Shown: positions 15,637 to 25,498 of the stretch, piece after piece
Layout of the letters: every line of letters starts with the position of its first letter
Numbering within the stretch: position 1 is the stretch's first letter
Origin: a virus
Taxonomy: Duplodnaviria > Caudoviricetes
Strand: one strand, 5' to 3'
Virus record (IMG/VR): IMGVR_UViG_3300037419_000689
Location: 1 to 28,096 of that record
DNA: 28,096 nucleotides
The notes under the pieces: generated by a model
What the model saw: the letters and a program-made list of their open reading frames with translations, nothing else
Database searches by the model: none
What the model was told of the DNA's origin: nothing
Made by a program: the position numbers and the translations under genes

Positions 15637-16596
15637 TTAAGCGTTAGAAGGAACAGTTTCGATACGAACGATTGCTTCTTCTTTAAGACGCTTTGCAACG
15701 AAAGCATTGATTTTCCAACCGATAGTTTGACGCTGATTTAATGGGTCAGCCGTACCGGAAGAACCTAGCGCCTTGATGATAGTTTGAACATCGCCGTTAC
15801 CGGAAATTTTAGTAACGCCGTATGCTTCTTCACCAATCATGACTGCGGAGTGTACGTTAGCACCGGCTGCACCTGCACCTGCGAACACTTTCCAGTTTTC
15901 CACTTCGATGAACTTGATGCCGTAAACGTCAGCAATTTCACCGTCAATGAAAGGCTTGTTGTTCTGAGCGATTTCGTATGCTTTGATGAATTTTGCATCA
16001 TCTAACAAGTCGAAAGTAGTCTCAGGAGAAATGAATACTACATATTTTCCGCCAGCTAAAGGCTTTACTTTGTTCTTCTTCAGAGTCAAAGCAGCCTTAC
16101 GGAATAGGTCAACAGTTGGCTTGTCCCCTGCAGCAAGAGTCACACGGGATACACGTCCGCCTGCGTATACTACGTTAGTTCCGCCGTGTAGAACGTCACG
16201 AACTAAAGTGTCCTTTGTTTCAGCAGCCTGAACGCCTTGCTCTTTTGTGTACTCAGCAACAATTGGGTCTACCTGTTGGAAGTCAACAACATCGGAAAAT
16301 TCGATGAAGTCCCCGTATTGTGCAGTAGTGGCAGAGATAGCTGTTACAGTTGCTGTGTTCCCTGTAGGTGTTACACCTTCAGTTAATGGAGTAGTAGCCG
16401 GAGCCAAAACACCGATCTTACGGAAGTTGATTGTGTCACCTGCGTTCTTAGGCATTGGGCGAGTTTGTGCAAAACGCTCATGGTCAAAAGAACGGAAGCG
16501 TAAAGTTTTTAATAATAGCTTGTCATAAAACGCAGCCGGTTTCGTAGCGACGGAACCTGTACCAGTATTAATGACACCAGTAGTTTGAGTTGCCAT
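15637..16596 (-). CDS. Major capsid protein, N4-gp56 family
   Basis: FYDKLLL, MPKNAGDTINFRK, PLTEGVTP, QYGDF, GEIA..YG, DPLNQRQTIGWK motifs. Confidence 0.93.
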   Translation of the reverse strand: MATQTTGVINTGTGSVATKPAAFYDKLLLKTLRFRSFDHERFAQTRPMPKNAGDTINFRKIGVLAPATTPLTEGVTPTGNTATVTAISATTAQYGDFIEFSDVVDFQQVDPIVAEYTKEQGVQAAETKDTLVRDVLHGGTNVVYAGGRVSRVTLAAGDKPTVDLFRKAALTLKKNKVKPLAGGKYVVFISPETTFDLLDDAKFIKAYEIAQNNKPFIDGEIADVYGIKFIEVENWKVFAGAGAAGANVHSAVMIGEEAYGVTKISGNGDVQTIIKALGSSGTADPLNQRQTIGWKINAFVAKRLKEEAIVRIETVPSNA

Positions 16597-16649
16597 AGGA
16601 AATCACTCCTTGTTTAGTTATTTTTATGATGGAGCGTTCCCGTTGCTCT

Positions 16650-17393
16650 TTATAACCTAATATCTAAACGCTTTAGTTCCGCGTCGAAATCTTCGTCAGA
16701 CCAATCGCTTGTATTAGGTGGGGAAACGCTATTTCCATTTCCAATTGAAGCGTTCTCCTGTCGTTTACGTTTGTCCTCTAGGCTTTTTTGAACGGCTTTT
16801 TCCGTTTCCTGCTGGATAATCTTATCCAGGTTAGCGGCACGGTAAAACTTCTCGAAGTTGAAATTGTCGTTTGTTCTTGGGTCAATGCCTGATTCCATCA
16901 TTTCCTGCATCGCTGCTCGGATATCTTCCTCAGCCGCACCGTACTTAGAACTAACCGCTTCTACTTGTGCGTTAAAGCGTTCTGCTCGTAGCGCTTCTCT
17001 AGCTTGAGTACTTTCACTCTCTAGCGAGTGCAGTCTCTTGAGAACATCTACAGGAACGTTCTGCTTTTCCGCTTCTGTTTGAAGTTTACGTTCTTCATAC
17101 CTAGACAGTAAATCGTCAGGTGATACGCCGCCTTCTTCGGCTAAACGTTGAATAAATTCAGCATACTTACGGTTTTCTTCGGCTTGCCTGCGTAATTGGG
17201 CGAAAGCTGCATTCCGTTTTTCTGCATCAGGATCGTTCGGGTTAGTTTGTTCTTCAGCAGGCTGTTCTTCCTGCTCCACTTCTTCTGCTTCTTGACCGGC
17301 TTCAGGCTCAGTCTCGACAGTTTCTTCGTCTTGCCATTCTTTCTCAAATGCCTCTAATTCGGATTCAAAATCTAATACTTCATTATCTTCCAT
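16650..17393 (-). CDS. Capsid scaffolding protein
   Basis: Acidic N-terminus, NAAFAQLRR coiled coil, C-terminal WSDEDFDA helix; directly upstream of the MCP. Confidence 0.8.
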   Translation of the reverse strand: MEDNEVLDFESELEAFEKEWQDEETVETEPEAGQEAEEVEQEEQPAEEQTNPNDPDAEKRNAAFAQLRRQAEENRKYAEFIQRLAEEGGVSPDDLLSRYEERKLQTEAEKQNVPVDVLKRLHSLESESTQAREALRAERFNAQVEAVSSKYGAAEEDIRAAMQEMMESGIDPRTNDNFNFEKFYRAANLDKIIQQETEKAVQKSLEDKRKRQENASIGNGNSVSPPNTSDWSDEDFDAELKRLDIRL

Positions 17394-17510
17394 ACTTCTT
17401 CTCCTTACGCCTGGATTTCTATGGGGCAGGTCAGCGATTCCCGCCTTGCAATTAAATCAACTAGTAGATAAGCGCTAACTCTAGTAAAAGGTGTTTGGAC
17501 CACCCACTTA

Positions 17511-17547
17511 CCTACTCTTATTCTATCAACTATGAAAAAATTGTCAA
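17511..17547 (-). promoter_or_regulatory. Promoter for the scaffold/capsid operon
   Basis: TTGACA-N16-TAGAAT with TGn extension; -10 region is shared with 5100-5119. Confidence 0.65.
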
Positions 17548-17572
17548 TAGATTACAAGGTGAAATGTGCAAA

Positions 17573-17944
17573 TTATTTCACAGTTTCTTTTGGTGACTGT
17601 GAAAGTTTTTGCTTATGGGATTCTTGCGACTGAACTAACGAATTTTGGTGGTTGTCCTGAGACTGCTGTAGCTTTAATTGATGGTCAGCTTGCGACTGTT
17701 GCAGTTTCATTTCATGTTCCTGTGCCTTCATTCCTAGTTCCTGACGCTTCATTTCGAGATTCATAGCGTGTTCCTGTTGCCTCATTTCCAGTTCAGCCTG
17801 CGGTCCTGCCATCAAAGGAACTAACTGAGCGAGTGCCTGCGCAATCTGAAGCATGGTTTGTGCTTTTACAGGTACAGACAACACAGCGTCGTTACGTACT
17901 TCCAACGCAAACATCGCATACTCATTGATTAACTGTTCGTTCAT
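17573..17944 (-). CDS. Hypothetical Gln-rich helical protein
   Basis: RBS GGAGGT; quasi-repeats QEHxMxL/QxDH. Confidence 0.75.
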   Translation of the reverse strand: MNEQLINEYAMFALEVRNDAVLSVPVKAQTMLQIAQALAQLVPLMAGPQAELEMRQQEHAMNLEMKRQELGMKAQEHEMKLQQSQADHQLKLQQSQDNHQNSLVQSQESHKQKLSQSPKETVK

Positions 17945-18091
17945 TTATAACCACCTCCACCATTTACTATGTCTTTGGTACTCGACTGGAAGGTCACGTT
18001 CATACCTAAACCACACTATCCAGTTATCGAAACAACTATAGATGTATAGCAGAACTAGCGATGCGCCGAACCCTAGTAAGGCATCCATCAT
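17945..18091 (-). CDS. 48-aa membrane peptide (MMDALLGFGASLVLLYIYSCFDNWIVWFRYERDLPVEYQRHSKWWRWL); not in ORF track
   Basis: ATGA overlap with the portal stop and TAA abutting the next ATG; fills the gap exactly. Confidence 0.65.
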   Translation of the reverse strand: MMDALLGFGASLVLLYIYSCFDNWIVWFRYERDLPVEYQRHSKWWRWL

Positions 18092-19857
18092 AAGCCTGTT
18101 CCCGCCTGAGCTGCTTGCACGTTATTTGCGTTTGATGTGCTTCCCATCGCTTCATTTCCGCCTTCCATTTGAGCCAAAGCATCTAAGGCAGCCTGCTGGA
18201 CTTCCTGCGGAGAAGCACCCTGTGACAGCATATTGAATGACATATCCAGGATTTGAGTCAGTTCTTGTTCCTTGTTTTTCATTTCGTCCATGTTCATACG
18301 CTCGATGATTTGGTCCGTGTTAGAGAACTGCATCATTTTGACTGCTTCCTGCGGTGTAACAATCGGTGTCTTGAATCCGTATTGTCCCTGCATGTTCAAC
18401 AGTTCCTTCGCATCCTGCATTTCCTTCAGACGAGTAAGCGGAGCTTTAGAACTAACATCTACGAAAATATCATACTCTAAATCAGCGAATTCCGAACCTT
18501 TGAACGGTACAAACGTGTAATCGTTCGGGTTTTTACCCATGATACGGATTTGCCGTTCTTCGGTATAGTACGTCACCATGAAGTCGATAATGAGTTTGCT
18601 TAGGTCCTCAATGTACAATTCAATGTCGTACATTTGGTCTTTGTCTCGCATGGTTGCCCGTTCAATCAAGGAGTTAACCCCTGTTGAAGTCTGAAGTGAT
18701 CCAACGGCTTGTCCCATATACGCCTCGTTCATACCGGTGATTTCACGGATATTTGCCTTTGCGTTTTCCAACAAACTAAACAAAGTCTGTGGAACCTGCG
18801 GAACCTCTACATATCTAATCGCGTCGTTACCTGGCATGTTCGATGTGTAGGTATGTCCTGGTGCGTTTCCGTATTTCGCCACTTCCATAGGGTCAATACC
18901 TGACTGAGCGTGGACGACTTTCTGCGGATTCTGCATCAGTGTACCAATCATCGCAATAATGGATTCCACTTTATTGATAATCTTCTGATTATCTAAGATA
19001 AATTCACAGGTTGACATAGGCCAAAAATCCTGACGCTGCGGATAGTCAGACAGCATCGCAAACGGATATCGGTTCGGTTTTAGGTCCTGTGAGTGTACGA
19101 TTTTGTCGCCTGCTAGGTATGTGACGGTATAGGTATATCCGCCTTCATTGTTTGGTTTCCTCTCATAGAAACTAAGGAAGTTGACCAATCCTGACGTTTC
19201 GGTCACGTAGTCACGGTTGTAGATTTCCCCTCTATCCTCTGGAATGTTCTCGCCTGACTCTACCCCTTCTGTCTTGAACTTCGGATGGTTCTTTACCCAG
19301 CTTTCAGGTTTTCTCTCCATTACGCAAACGTATTCGCAGTCCTCTAAACAGAAAGCATTCGGATCGGGGAAGAAACTAGCAGGGTCTATCTCACGGATAC
19401 GGATTTCGCCCTCGTAATGGTATCCCTTATCACCTAACACCGTCGTACCCATACGGCCTTCTTTGTATTCATCCCAAAACACATGAGCGAATCCAGGACC
19501 TAACAGCTTGGATGTTTCGACGTTTTGGCGGACTACCTTCCGGCCTTTAATGCGTTCCCATGTATCTTGAAATGCTTTGTCCAGCATATCCACACGTTCT
19601 CTACCCGCCGGAGATACAGCCCGTAATTTACCTGTTGGATTGTCAATCGAGAGTGCAGCGCGTTTTGTGTACTTAACTAAATGCACAAAGTTTGTGACAG
19701 GCTTAGGCAGCCACGGCGGAGCATTCTGTAGGTCCCACTGTTGGTTTCTGTCGTAGGCATCTAACTCCTTCATGATTTCTTCGCGCCTTTGTTTCTTGTT
19801 CTTGGCCTTACGGAATTTCGCTAATATCTCTTGCGCTCGCTTTTTGCTAGTATCCAT
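18088..19857 (-). CDS. Portal protein (podovirus, P22-like)
   Basis: 589 aa after TerL; REIDPASFFPDP, NQKIINK, IREITG..E..G, TSTGV motifs. Confidence 0.88.
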   Translation of the reverse strand: MDTSKKRAQEILAKFRKAKNKKQRREEIMKELDAYDRNQQWDLQNAPPWLPKPVTNFVHLVKYTKRAALSIDNPTGKLRAVSPAGRERVDMLDKAFQDTWERIKGRKVVRQNVETSKLLGPGFAHVFWDEYKEGRMGTTVLGDKGYHYEGEIRIREIDPASFFPDPNAFCLEDCEYVCVMERKPESWVKNHPKFKTEGVESGENIPEDRGEIYNRDYVTETSGLVNFLSFYERKPNNEGGYTYTVTYLAGDKIVHSQDLKPNRYPFAMLSDYPQRQDFWPMSTCEFILDNQKIINKVESIIAMIGTLMQNPQKVVHAQSGIDPMEVAKYGNAPGHTYTSNMPGNDAIRYVEVPQVPQTLFSLLENAKANIREITGMNEAYMGQAVGSLQTSTGVNSLIERATMRDKDQMYDIELYIEDLSKLIIDFMVTYYTEERQIRIMGKNPNDYTFVPFKGSEFADLEYDIFVDVSSKAPLTRLKEMQDAKELLNMQGQYGFKTPIVTPQEAVKMMQFSNTDQIIERMNMDEMKNKEQELTQILDMSFNMLSQGASPQEVQQAALDALAQMEGGNEAMGSTSNANNVQAAQAGTGL

Positions 19858-19869
19858 TTAGTCACCGCC

Positions 19870-20067
19870 TTAAAATTGATTATACCCATTTGTCTGCTTG
19901 TAGTAGTTCTGCACATCGGCAGGCAATTGTTTTGCTAACGATTCATTGTACGCCTTTGGCTTATCCACATTATCCACAGGCTTATGCACAATGTTGATGG
20001 TAATACCCTTATTAATAAGTCCTGCAATAAGACCTATAAAAAATGCTGCTACTAAAGCAATCTCCAT
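19870..20067 (-). CDS. Small membrane-anchored protein (65 aa)
   Basis: RBS AGGAGG before ATG 20067 (preferred over 20094); N-terminal TM helix. Confidence 0.7.
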   Translation of the reverse strand: MEIALVAAFFIGLIAGLINKGITINIVHKPVDNVDKPKAYNESLAKQLPADVQNYYKQTNGYNQF

Positions 20068-20078
20068 TCGTTTCCCTC

Positions 20079-21581
20079 CTAGTAATAAAGCCATGCGTTA
20101 TGTCCAGGTGACTTCTTTTCCTCTGTTTGCAAGGCGAACGGGATATGACCGTCCTCCGTTTTGCCTTTCCAATCCCTTGAATGGTACGACTTCTGTTTTA
20201 GTTGCTCCACATCGTCCGGCAATTCGTTGATTAAATATCTAAGCGAGTCCATGGCATGGTTGTCCTTGTCGATTGGCTTATTGTCCGGATTCTTGTCGGA
20301 GTCCATTTCTAACGGCTTGTATTTATAGTTAAGTCCTTCGCGAATCGTGTTCACGCAGGAACTAAAGATTTTCAAACGACCTAACGAAAAGTAGGCGCTC
20401 ACTTTTGCAATACCCGCATCAATACGGTTGTTTCCGTCCTTGAACCATAACCCATACTCCGCATAATGGTCAAAGATGGAACGCATGTCATTGTTGCCTC
20501 GTCGCTTACCGGCAGGGTCCCCAACTAAGAACCTAAGACGACCATACGGTACTTTTTCCACCATTCCCTTCATCTGTTTCGCGTTCTCCGGAATTGGCAG
20601 CCCTGACTTGTAATGCTCGTCGTAGATGTACACAATCCCCGTATCAGGGTCGATGGCCCCCATTAGAAGTACGGTAGCATCCCGTATACCAAAGTCAGAT
20701 GATCCTGCTCGCTCCCAATGCTTCGGTATTTCAAACGGCTTTACGATATGGTCGCCAAAGTTTTGGTACACTGCTCCTTCTGCATAGTCGAAGGAAGCAT
20801 TCAGGTAGCGCTCAATCCACCAGTGCGGCTTCCCGTGCGCTGTGGTATGGAAGTAATCCGGCGGCAGGTATTTGTTCAGCCTTGTGGAGGCGATATGAAC
20901 TGAAATGTTCGGGTTCTTGTCCTCCGGCGGAACAAAGTAATTCCGTTCTGAACCGTAAATCTTATCTGCCTTCAAGAGAAATTCCGTCCTCACATGGCCT
21001 AAGTCAGGGTTGGAGGACAGAATCATTTGATGGTACTGCGTTGCATGATTCCGCAAACGTGTCTGTAACTGAACGATATAGTCATAGTTTACCTCTGACG
21101 CTTCCTCAATCCATACGTAGCACAAGTTCAAGGACCTAGCCTTACCGGAATCATCCAGCGGTCTGAATAGAATACGATGCCCATTCGTCAAGTCAATGTA
21201 GTTCTTCTGAATGGAATAGTTGTCTATTAAACTAGGATGAAGCATACTCATGAAATCCTTTTTGGCAGTTTGTTCTAACTGCGGCAATGTATTGGCCCCT
21301 ATTAAACTAGTGCCGTTAGGTGTTGAAGTCGTCAGTTTAACCATTTCGGCAGCACATGTAGAAGTTTTAGCCGATCCATAACCTCCAAAGAACGCTTTGA
21401 ACTTATGACCGTCCGCATGGAACCGTGCTTGGTGAGGCATCGGGGTATAGCAGAAAAGGAGGGCGTTGCACTCGTTACAACGCAACCACCAATCTCCACA
21501 GTCCGGCGCTTCAATGTAGTGACCGATTTTACAATTATCGCACGTTTTCTTTAAGTATGGTTTTTGCATCGCTGAAGTCAT
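20079..21581 (-). CDS. terL: Terminase large subunit
   Basis: PHQ..FH motif, GGYGSAKT Walker A, VWIEEA Walker B, SSNP, nuclease SDFG and DKDNHAMDSLRY. Confidence 0.93.
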   Translation of the reverse strand: MTSAMQKPYLKKTCDNCKIGHYIEAPDCGDWWLRCNECNALLFCYTPMPHQARFHADGHKFKAFFGGYGSAKTSTCAAEMVKLTTSTPNGTSLIGANTLPQLEQTAKKDFMSMLHPSLIDNYSIQKNYIDLTNGHRILFRPLDDSGKARSLNLCYVWIEEASEVNYDYIVQLQTRLRNHATQYHQMILSSNPDLGHVRTEFLLKADKIYGSERNYFVPPEDKNPNISVHIASTRLNKYLPPDYFHTTAHGKPHWWIERYLNASFDYAEGAVYQNFGDHIVKPFEIPKHWERAGSSDFGIRDATVLLMGAIDPDTGIVYIYDEHYKSGLPIPENAKQMKGMVEKVPYGRLRFLVGDPAGKRRGNNDMRSIFDHYAEYGLWFKDGNNRIDAGIAKVSAYFSLGRLKIFSSCVNTIREGLNYKYKPLEMDSDKNPDNKPIDKDNHAMDSLRYLINELPDDVEQLKQKSYHSRDWKGKTEDGHIPFALQTEEKKSPGHNAWLYY

Positions 21582-21596
21582 ACGCTCTCCCCCTTT

Positions 21597-23981
21597 CTAC
21601 CGTTTTGCATACAACAACCGTTTAGCTTGTTTTAACAACGGATTGCGCCCGCCGTATAAGGTTGCCTCATTCGAAAGTTGGTATAACTGCGGACGGATGA
21701 AATCGAATGTGCCTGTTAGCCCCCCTGTAGAACCGTTATCAATACCAATTCGCATCCTTTTAGCTGTTCCTAGAGTTGTCACCGTCTTGGAAAGGATGTT
21801 TATGTTATAGTTCGCTTGAATAGTGTTTCCATTAGTGTCAAACACTTCGTAAAATAACCTTACGCCGGAATCAATTTTCAACAAATAATTCGTATTTGGC
21901 AATACGTCAATTGTTATCAACGATGTTTGCGTTAAAGCCGTAGCATCCAACCGCCCCACATCACGTCCCAACACACGGAAATTGCTGTGCAAACTCCAAC
22001 GTGCATCCTCAAACGATGGGATTAAGTTTTTAGCGTTCGGTATGAGTTTATCCGATACGAGATTGCTAGGGTTTTCAAAGTCGTATTGAGCGACTACTTG
22101 CCCCGCTAGGTAGCAGGTGACTTTGTATAGGATGCCTTTTAAAAATTGTTGTGCATTATACCTTGAAAAAATAGTTACATCATCCGTGAAAGATGAAAGA
22201 ACTGCTTTTACCTTTGTTCTCTGTCCCTTTGGAATATCAGCCCAAGACCTAGAACTCGATTTATCAACACCATCTACAAGAAAATTCGTTATATTCGGCC
22301 CAACATAATACGGACTGTTAGAACTCCAAATATAGCCGTTAGTAGTTCCAAGTCTAGTATCAAGTAAATAATAATTGGGTTGTGCTTGCACCGAATCAAT
22401 CAAACACTCAATCTCAATCGCATCCATGGTCATAGATGGCAATTGCACGTAATTGGACACGCCATCCATGAGTAAGCCTGTTTTGGCTTTCGGTAAGACG
22501 AGTTGATATGGTTCGTATGGTGTGGCGGTTGAGCCTTCTTCAATCTGTATATTTCGCACTTTCCTAACTATTCCATCATTTGTATTATTTCTGAATTTGA
22601 CGTTAAACACTTTTTCAGAACCGGCAGTAAAGGTGTACGGATTGGAAGAAATAATTTGTGTGCTAGCCCCGTCCAAAGCCCTATAAAAGCACCCTGTATC
22701 CCCTTCGTAACTTAACGTATAAGTCTTACCTGTAACAACAGGAAAAGCATATTCGTTATAACCGGCGTTATAAGGCATTGAGATTTCCCCATTAATGACC
22801 GTTACACCAGCTTGAATTGTCCAACCTCCGCTAGTTGGAGAGGGTAACAAATTCTTCTTCGGCACGTACCGCATCGGCTTTTTATTCACCTGTACGGCAT
22901 CATTTATAACTGTTCCCTCGGTTATTAATAAAGGCGTTTTCTCGTTAGCGTTTGATAAATAAACAACTAAATAACTAGCACCATTTCCGCTGTTAATAGT
23001 AACAGAAGTATTCGAACCCCCGTCTATAAACGCTATCGCATTTGTTCCATTCGCTAACGAATTGTACGACCCGACCGCAAACCTGTTTGAACTTCCATAC
23101 TTTTTAACAGTGTAGTTTGTATTCGGTTTTATAGAAACAACTACACAAATAGTCCCCGCTGTACCTGTTTGGAGTTGTCCAATAGTCCCTCCAACAGCTA
23201 TATTCATGGATTCTGTATATAAACCCTTGAACAAATTGTTAGTAAATATCGGCTGAACCATCCGAGCATCCGAAGCCGTTTTCTTGCTGTACGGGGCTGG
23301 GATGGAACCCATGTTGAGCATTGGGCGTTTGAAGGTAAATGTGCCTGCTCCACTTGTTTGATTGGTTAAAATTACCCTAACGTAATTTGCTGTTGAAGGT
23401 GTTGTGATAGTTATTGAACCTGTATTAATTAAAGTTGAGCTAGATATATAGGTTTTTGAACTATTTAAATAATCTATATACCCTTTCCCATTAGTGTTTT
23501 CACCAATAAAGTTGAGTGTATATTGTGTACTAGGTAAGCAAGGAATATCAATGTAACTATTTTGATAATTCGCTGTCGCATTCAGCACCAACGTTTCATC
23601 ATCCACCGCCACTGCATTAGCGTGTAACGTCCACTTCCCGCTTAAAAACCCGTCAATCCCGTTTATCGTGAGTTTCGGCAAAGGCTTTTGCACGAGTTCT
23701 ATGCTGTCGATGATGATATCAGCCGTTCCCATATACGTTGAAATTTGAAGATAATTTGAACTAGACGTACTATTAATCTCAAATGAAATTATTTTATAGT
23801 CGTTTGTTAAAGTATAACGATTATCAAAACCTGTCCCAAAAACACGTAATGTAGAACCAGTTGGGGATTTAGCCTTTAAAGTAATCAAGAAATTCCCGAT
23901 TCCCATATAAGCTGATTGAGCAACGGACATCGGATTATAACTAGTCGGCTTTCCTGATAATCGCCAAATATTTATCGCCAT
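21597..23981 (-). CDS. 794-aa multi-domain beta-sandwich (CBM/lectin-like) protein, probably a virion fibre or decoration
   Basis: Repeated KNL..W..PNTxYTL..Q(I/L)EEG..ATPYEPY units and a LamG-like segment (DGVSNYVQLP). Confidence 0.6.
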   Translation of the reverse strand: MAINIWRLSGKPTSYNPMSVAQSAYMGIGNFLITLKAKSPTGSTLRVFGTGFDNRYTLTNDYKIISFEINSTSSSNYLQISTYMGTADIIIDSIELVQKPLPKLTINGIDGFLSGKWTLHANAVAVDDETLVLNATANYQNSYIDIPCLPSTQYTLNFIGENTNGKGYIDYLNSSKTYISSSTLINTGSITITTPSTANYVRVILTNQTSGAGTFTFKRPMLNMGSIPAPYSKKTASDARMVQPIFTNNLFKGLYTESMNIAVGGTIGQLQTGTAGTICVVVSIKPNTNYTVKKYGSSNRFAVGSYNSLANGTNAIAFIDGGSNTSVTINSGNGASYLVVYLSNANEKTPLLITEGTVINDAVQVNKKPMRYVPKKNLLPSPTSGGWTIQAGVTVINGEISMPYNAGYNEYAFPVVTGKTYTLSYEGDTGCFYRALDGASTQIISSNPYTFTAGSEKVFNVKFRNNTNDGIVRKVRNIQIEEGSTATPYEPYQLVLPKAKTGLLMDGVSNYVQLPSMTMDAIEIECLIDSVQAQPNYYLLDTRLGTTNGYIWSSNSPYYVGPNITNFLVDGVDKSSSRSWADIPKGQRTKVKAVLSSFTDDVTIFSRYNAQQFLKGILYKVTCYLAGQVVAQYDFENPSNLVSDKLIPNAKNLIPSFEDARWSLHSNFRVLGRDVGRLDATALTQTSLITIDVLPNTNYLLKIDSGVRLFYEVFDTNGNTIQANYNINILSKTVTTLGTAKRMRIGIDNGSTGGLTGTFDFIRPQLYQLSNEATLYGGRNPLLKQAKRLLYAKR

Positions 23982-23983
23982 AT

Positions 23984-24169
23984 CTAAACACCTTCTTCCG
24001 GCGTTGGTTCTCCTTCAATTGGAGTTTGTTGCTCCACCATGGCAAGGGCTTCTTCCTGACTCTCTGCCACTTCCACGATATCCCCGTTTGCAAGCGTGAT
24101 GTACGCCACCCCGCCTGGCTCGTCAATTAACATTTCTTTTCCTGTCCATGCACTGATTACGATTGGCAT
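23984..24169 (-). CDS. Small acidic hypothetical protein
   Basis: RBS AAGGAG; packed between neighbours; ITLANGDIVEVAESQEE. Confidence 0.65.
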   Translation of the reverse strand: MPIVISAWTGKEMLIDEPGGVAYITLANGDIVEVAESQEEALAMVEQQTPIEGEPTPEEGV

Positions 24170-24184
24170 ATTAACTCACTCCTT

Positions 24185-24622
24185 TTATAAGAATGTTACG
24201 AAACCGAATAAATTAAAGTTCGTTTGTGCTGTACCACCATTCACATAGTTAAAACGTACATAACGCAAAAGAATTTTTACATCAATCGGTGTATTTGTTG
24301 CCGCGTTTACAGTAATTGCATTTAAATTAAACCAGTTCGTCCCATCAACGGATTGTTGGACGTTCAATGTACCGCCAACGTTTGATTGGACTAAACCCGT
24401 CAACCAAGTATAGTTCACACCGTCCGCCATCGTATCGAAACTAGCGCCTGTATAGGTTGCCGAAGCACCTAAAGCAGTTGTATTATTCTCGATTTGCACC
24501 TTTGCTTGTGCCTGCTTGTCCATTGGAGCCATTGAGTTTGAGTCAGGCGAATTTGCGCTGTATACCTGATACGCGTTGGAGCCATCTTCCATGTAAACGA
24601 TTGATCCGCTTTTTGTTGGCAT
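24185..24622 (-). CDS. Beta-rich protein with discoidin-like motifs, probably structural
   Basis: QQSVDGTNW and RYVRF motifs; RBS AAGGAG. Confidence 0.6.
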   Translation of the reverse strand: MPTKSGSIVYMEDGSNAYQVYSANSPDSNSMAPMDKQAQAKVQIENNTTALGASATYTGASFDTMADGVNYTWLTGLVQSNVGGTLNVQQSVDGTNWFNLNAITVNAATNTPIDVKILLRYVRFNYVNGGTAQTNFNLFGFVTFL

Positions 24623-24691
24623 TTTTATTTCACTCCTTAGAGAAAAAGTCTAGTATTCTACTAAAATAATATGATATACTAGTAAGTTTGT

Positions 24692-25321
24692 CTATAGTAA
24701 ATCCGCATCCTGCGCTAGTTGTCCCCTGAAATTTTTAGATAGAGTGACAATATTTGCGTATGGTTTGTTCCTGAAGTGTTCAATTGAAGGAACTAACGCG
24801 CTTTGACTTGGGTTTTTAAGATCAATCTGCCCTGAATGGCCTTCGATAATTACCTTTGTAGAGTCGTGAACCCTTGTCAGAATCTTCTTCATTTGCGGAA
24901 TGGTCCCGTTTTGGCTTTCTGCAACAATGAGAGTGGTATCTTTTAGGTTCGTACCGCGCATAAATGTGTGGGAAATGGCGTGAATCCACGCTTTACCTGA
25001 CATATTTTCCGCTGAAAAGATCGCTTTTTCAGGTGATTCCCCCATTTCATCCAGTGCGTCGTACAAAGGAACTAAGTAAGCCTGTTCTTTCTCCTTTTGC
25101 GTACCTGGACGATGGCCCATCTTATCTTCTTCTACCGGAAAAAACACATAGGTGAGTGTTTTACCTAGCAATTTTGCTGCCATTACCGCGATGGTTGTTT
25201 TTCCGCAACCGGCTGGAGCGTTCACGATGGTCATTTGGTTGTTCTGAATAGAGTTAATGTACTGCCATTGCTCGGCTGTAAATTTGTTCGCGTATCCCCA
25301 CCACATGTTATCCTTCATCAC
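24692..25321 (-). CDS. phoH: PhoH-like P-loop ATPase
   Basis: APAGCGKT, MGHRPG..KEK, FMRGTNL, IVAESQN, ILTR, QIDL motifs. Confidence 0.88.
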   Translation of the reverse strand: MMKDNMWWGYANKFTAEQWQYINSIQNNQMTIVNAPAGCGKTTIAVMAAKLLGKTLTYVFFPVEEDKMGHRPGTQKEKEQAYLVPLYDALDEMGESPEKAIFSAENMSGKAWIHAISHTFMRGTNLKDTTLIVAESQNGTIPQMKKILTRVHDSTKVIIEGHSGQIDLKNPSQSALVPSIEHFRNKPYANIVTLSKNFRGQLAQDADLL

Positions 25322-25485
25322 TCACCATCTACCTCCCCGATGATTCCTTTATCCAAGAGAAAATCAAAGACAATGCCAGCCATTTCTTCGACTTCTTCAC
25401 GGATGGGTGCGTATCCTGCTTCTATCAATCTTGTAAATAAGTATTCATAGATTTCTTCGTCTGATACGTATACTTCTTCATTCAT
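25318..25485 (-). CDS. YozD-like protein, 55 aa (MNEEVYVSDEEIYEYLFTRLIEAGYAPIREEVEEMAGIVFDFLLDKGIIGEVDGE); not in ORF track
   Basis: RBS AAAGGGGG, GTGA overlap with phoH; EEI.E..F..L...GY.P..EE....A.I.F..LL.K.II pattern recalls Bacillus YozD. Confidence 0.75.
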   Translation of the reverse strand: MNEEVYVSDEEIYEYLFTRLIEAGYAPIREEVEEMAGIVFDFLLDKGIIGEVDGE

Positions 25486-25498
25486 CGGGAATCCCCCT

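Noticed and set aside
15579-15640. Capsid read-through or frameshift extension into the 91-aa gene
   Set aside because: No slippery site at the MCP end; a hairpin intervenes and the downstream gene has its own RBS.
6386-22308. Many 60-146 aa plus-strand and alternate-frame ORFs in the ORF track
   Set aside because: They are shadows of long minus-strand genes, without RBS or recognisable motifs.
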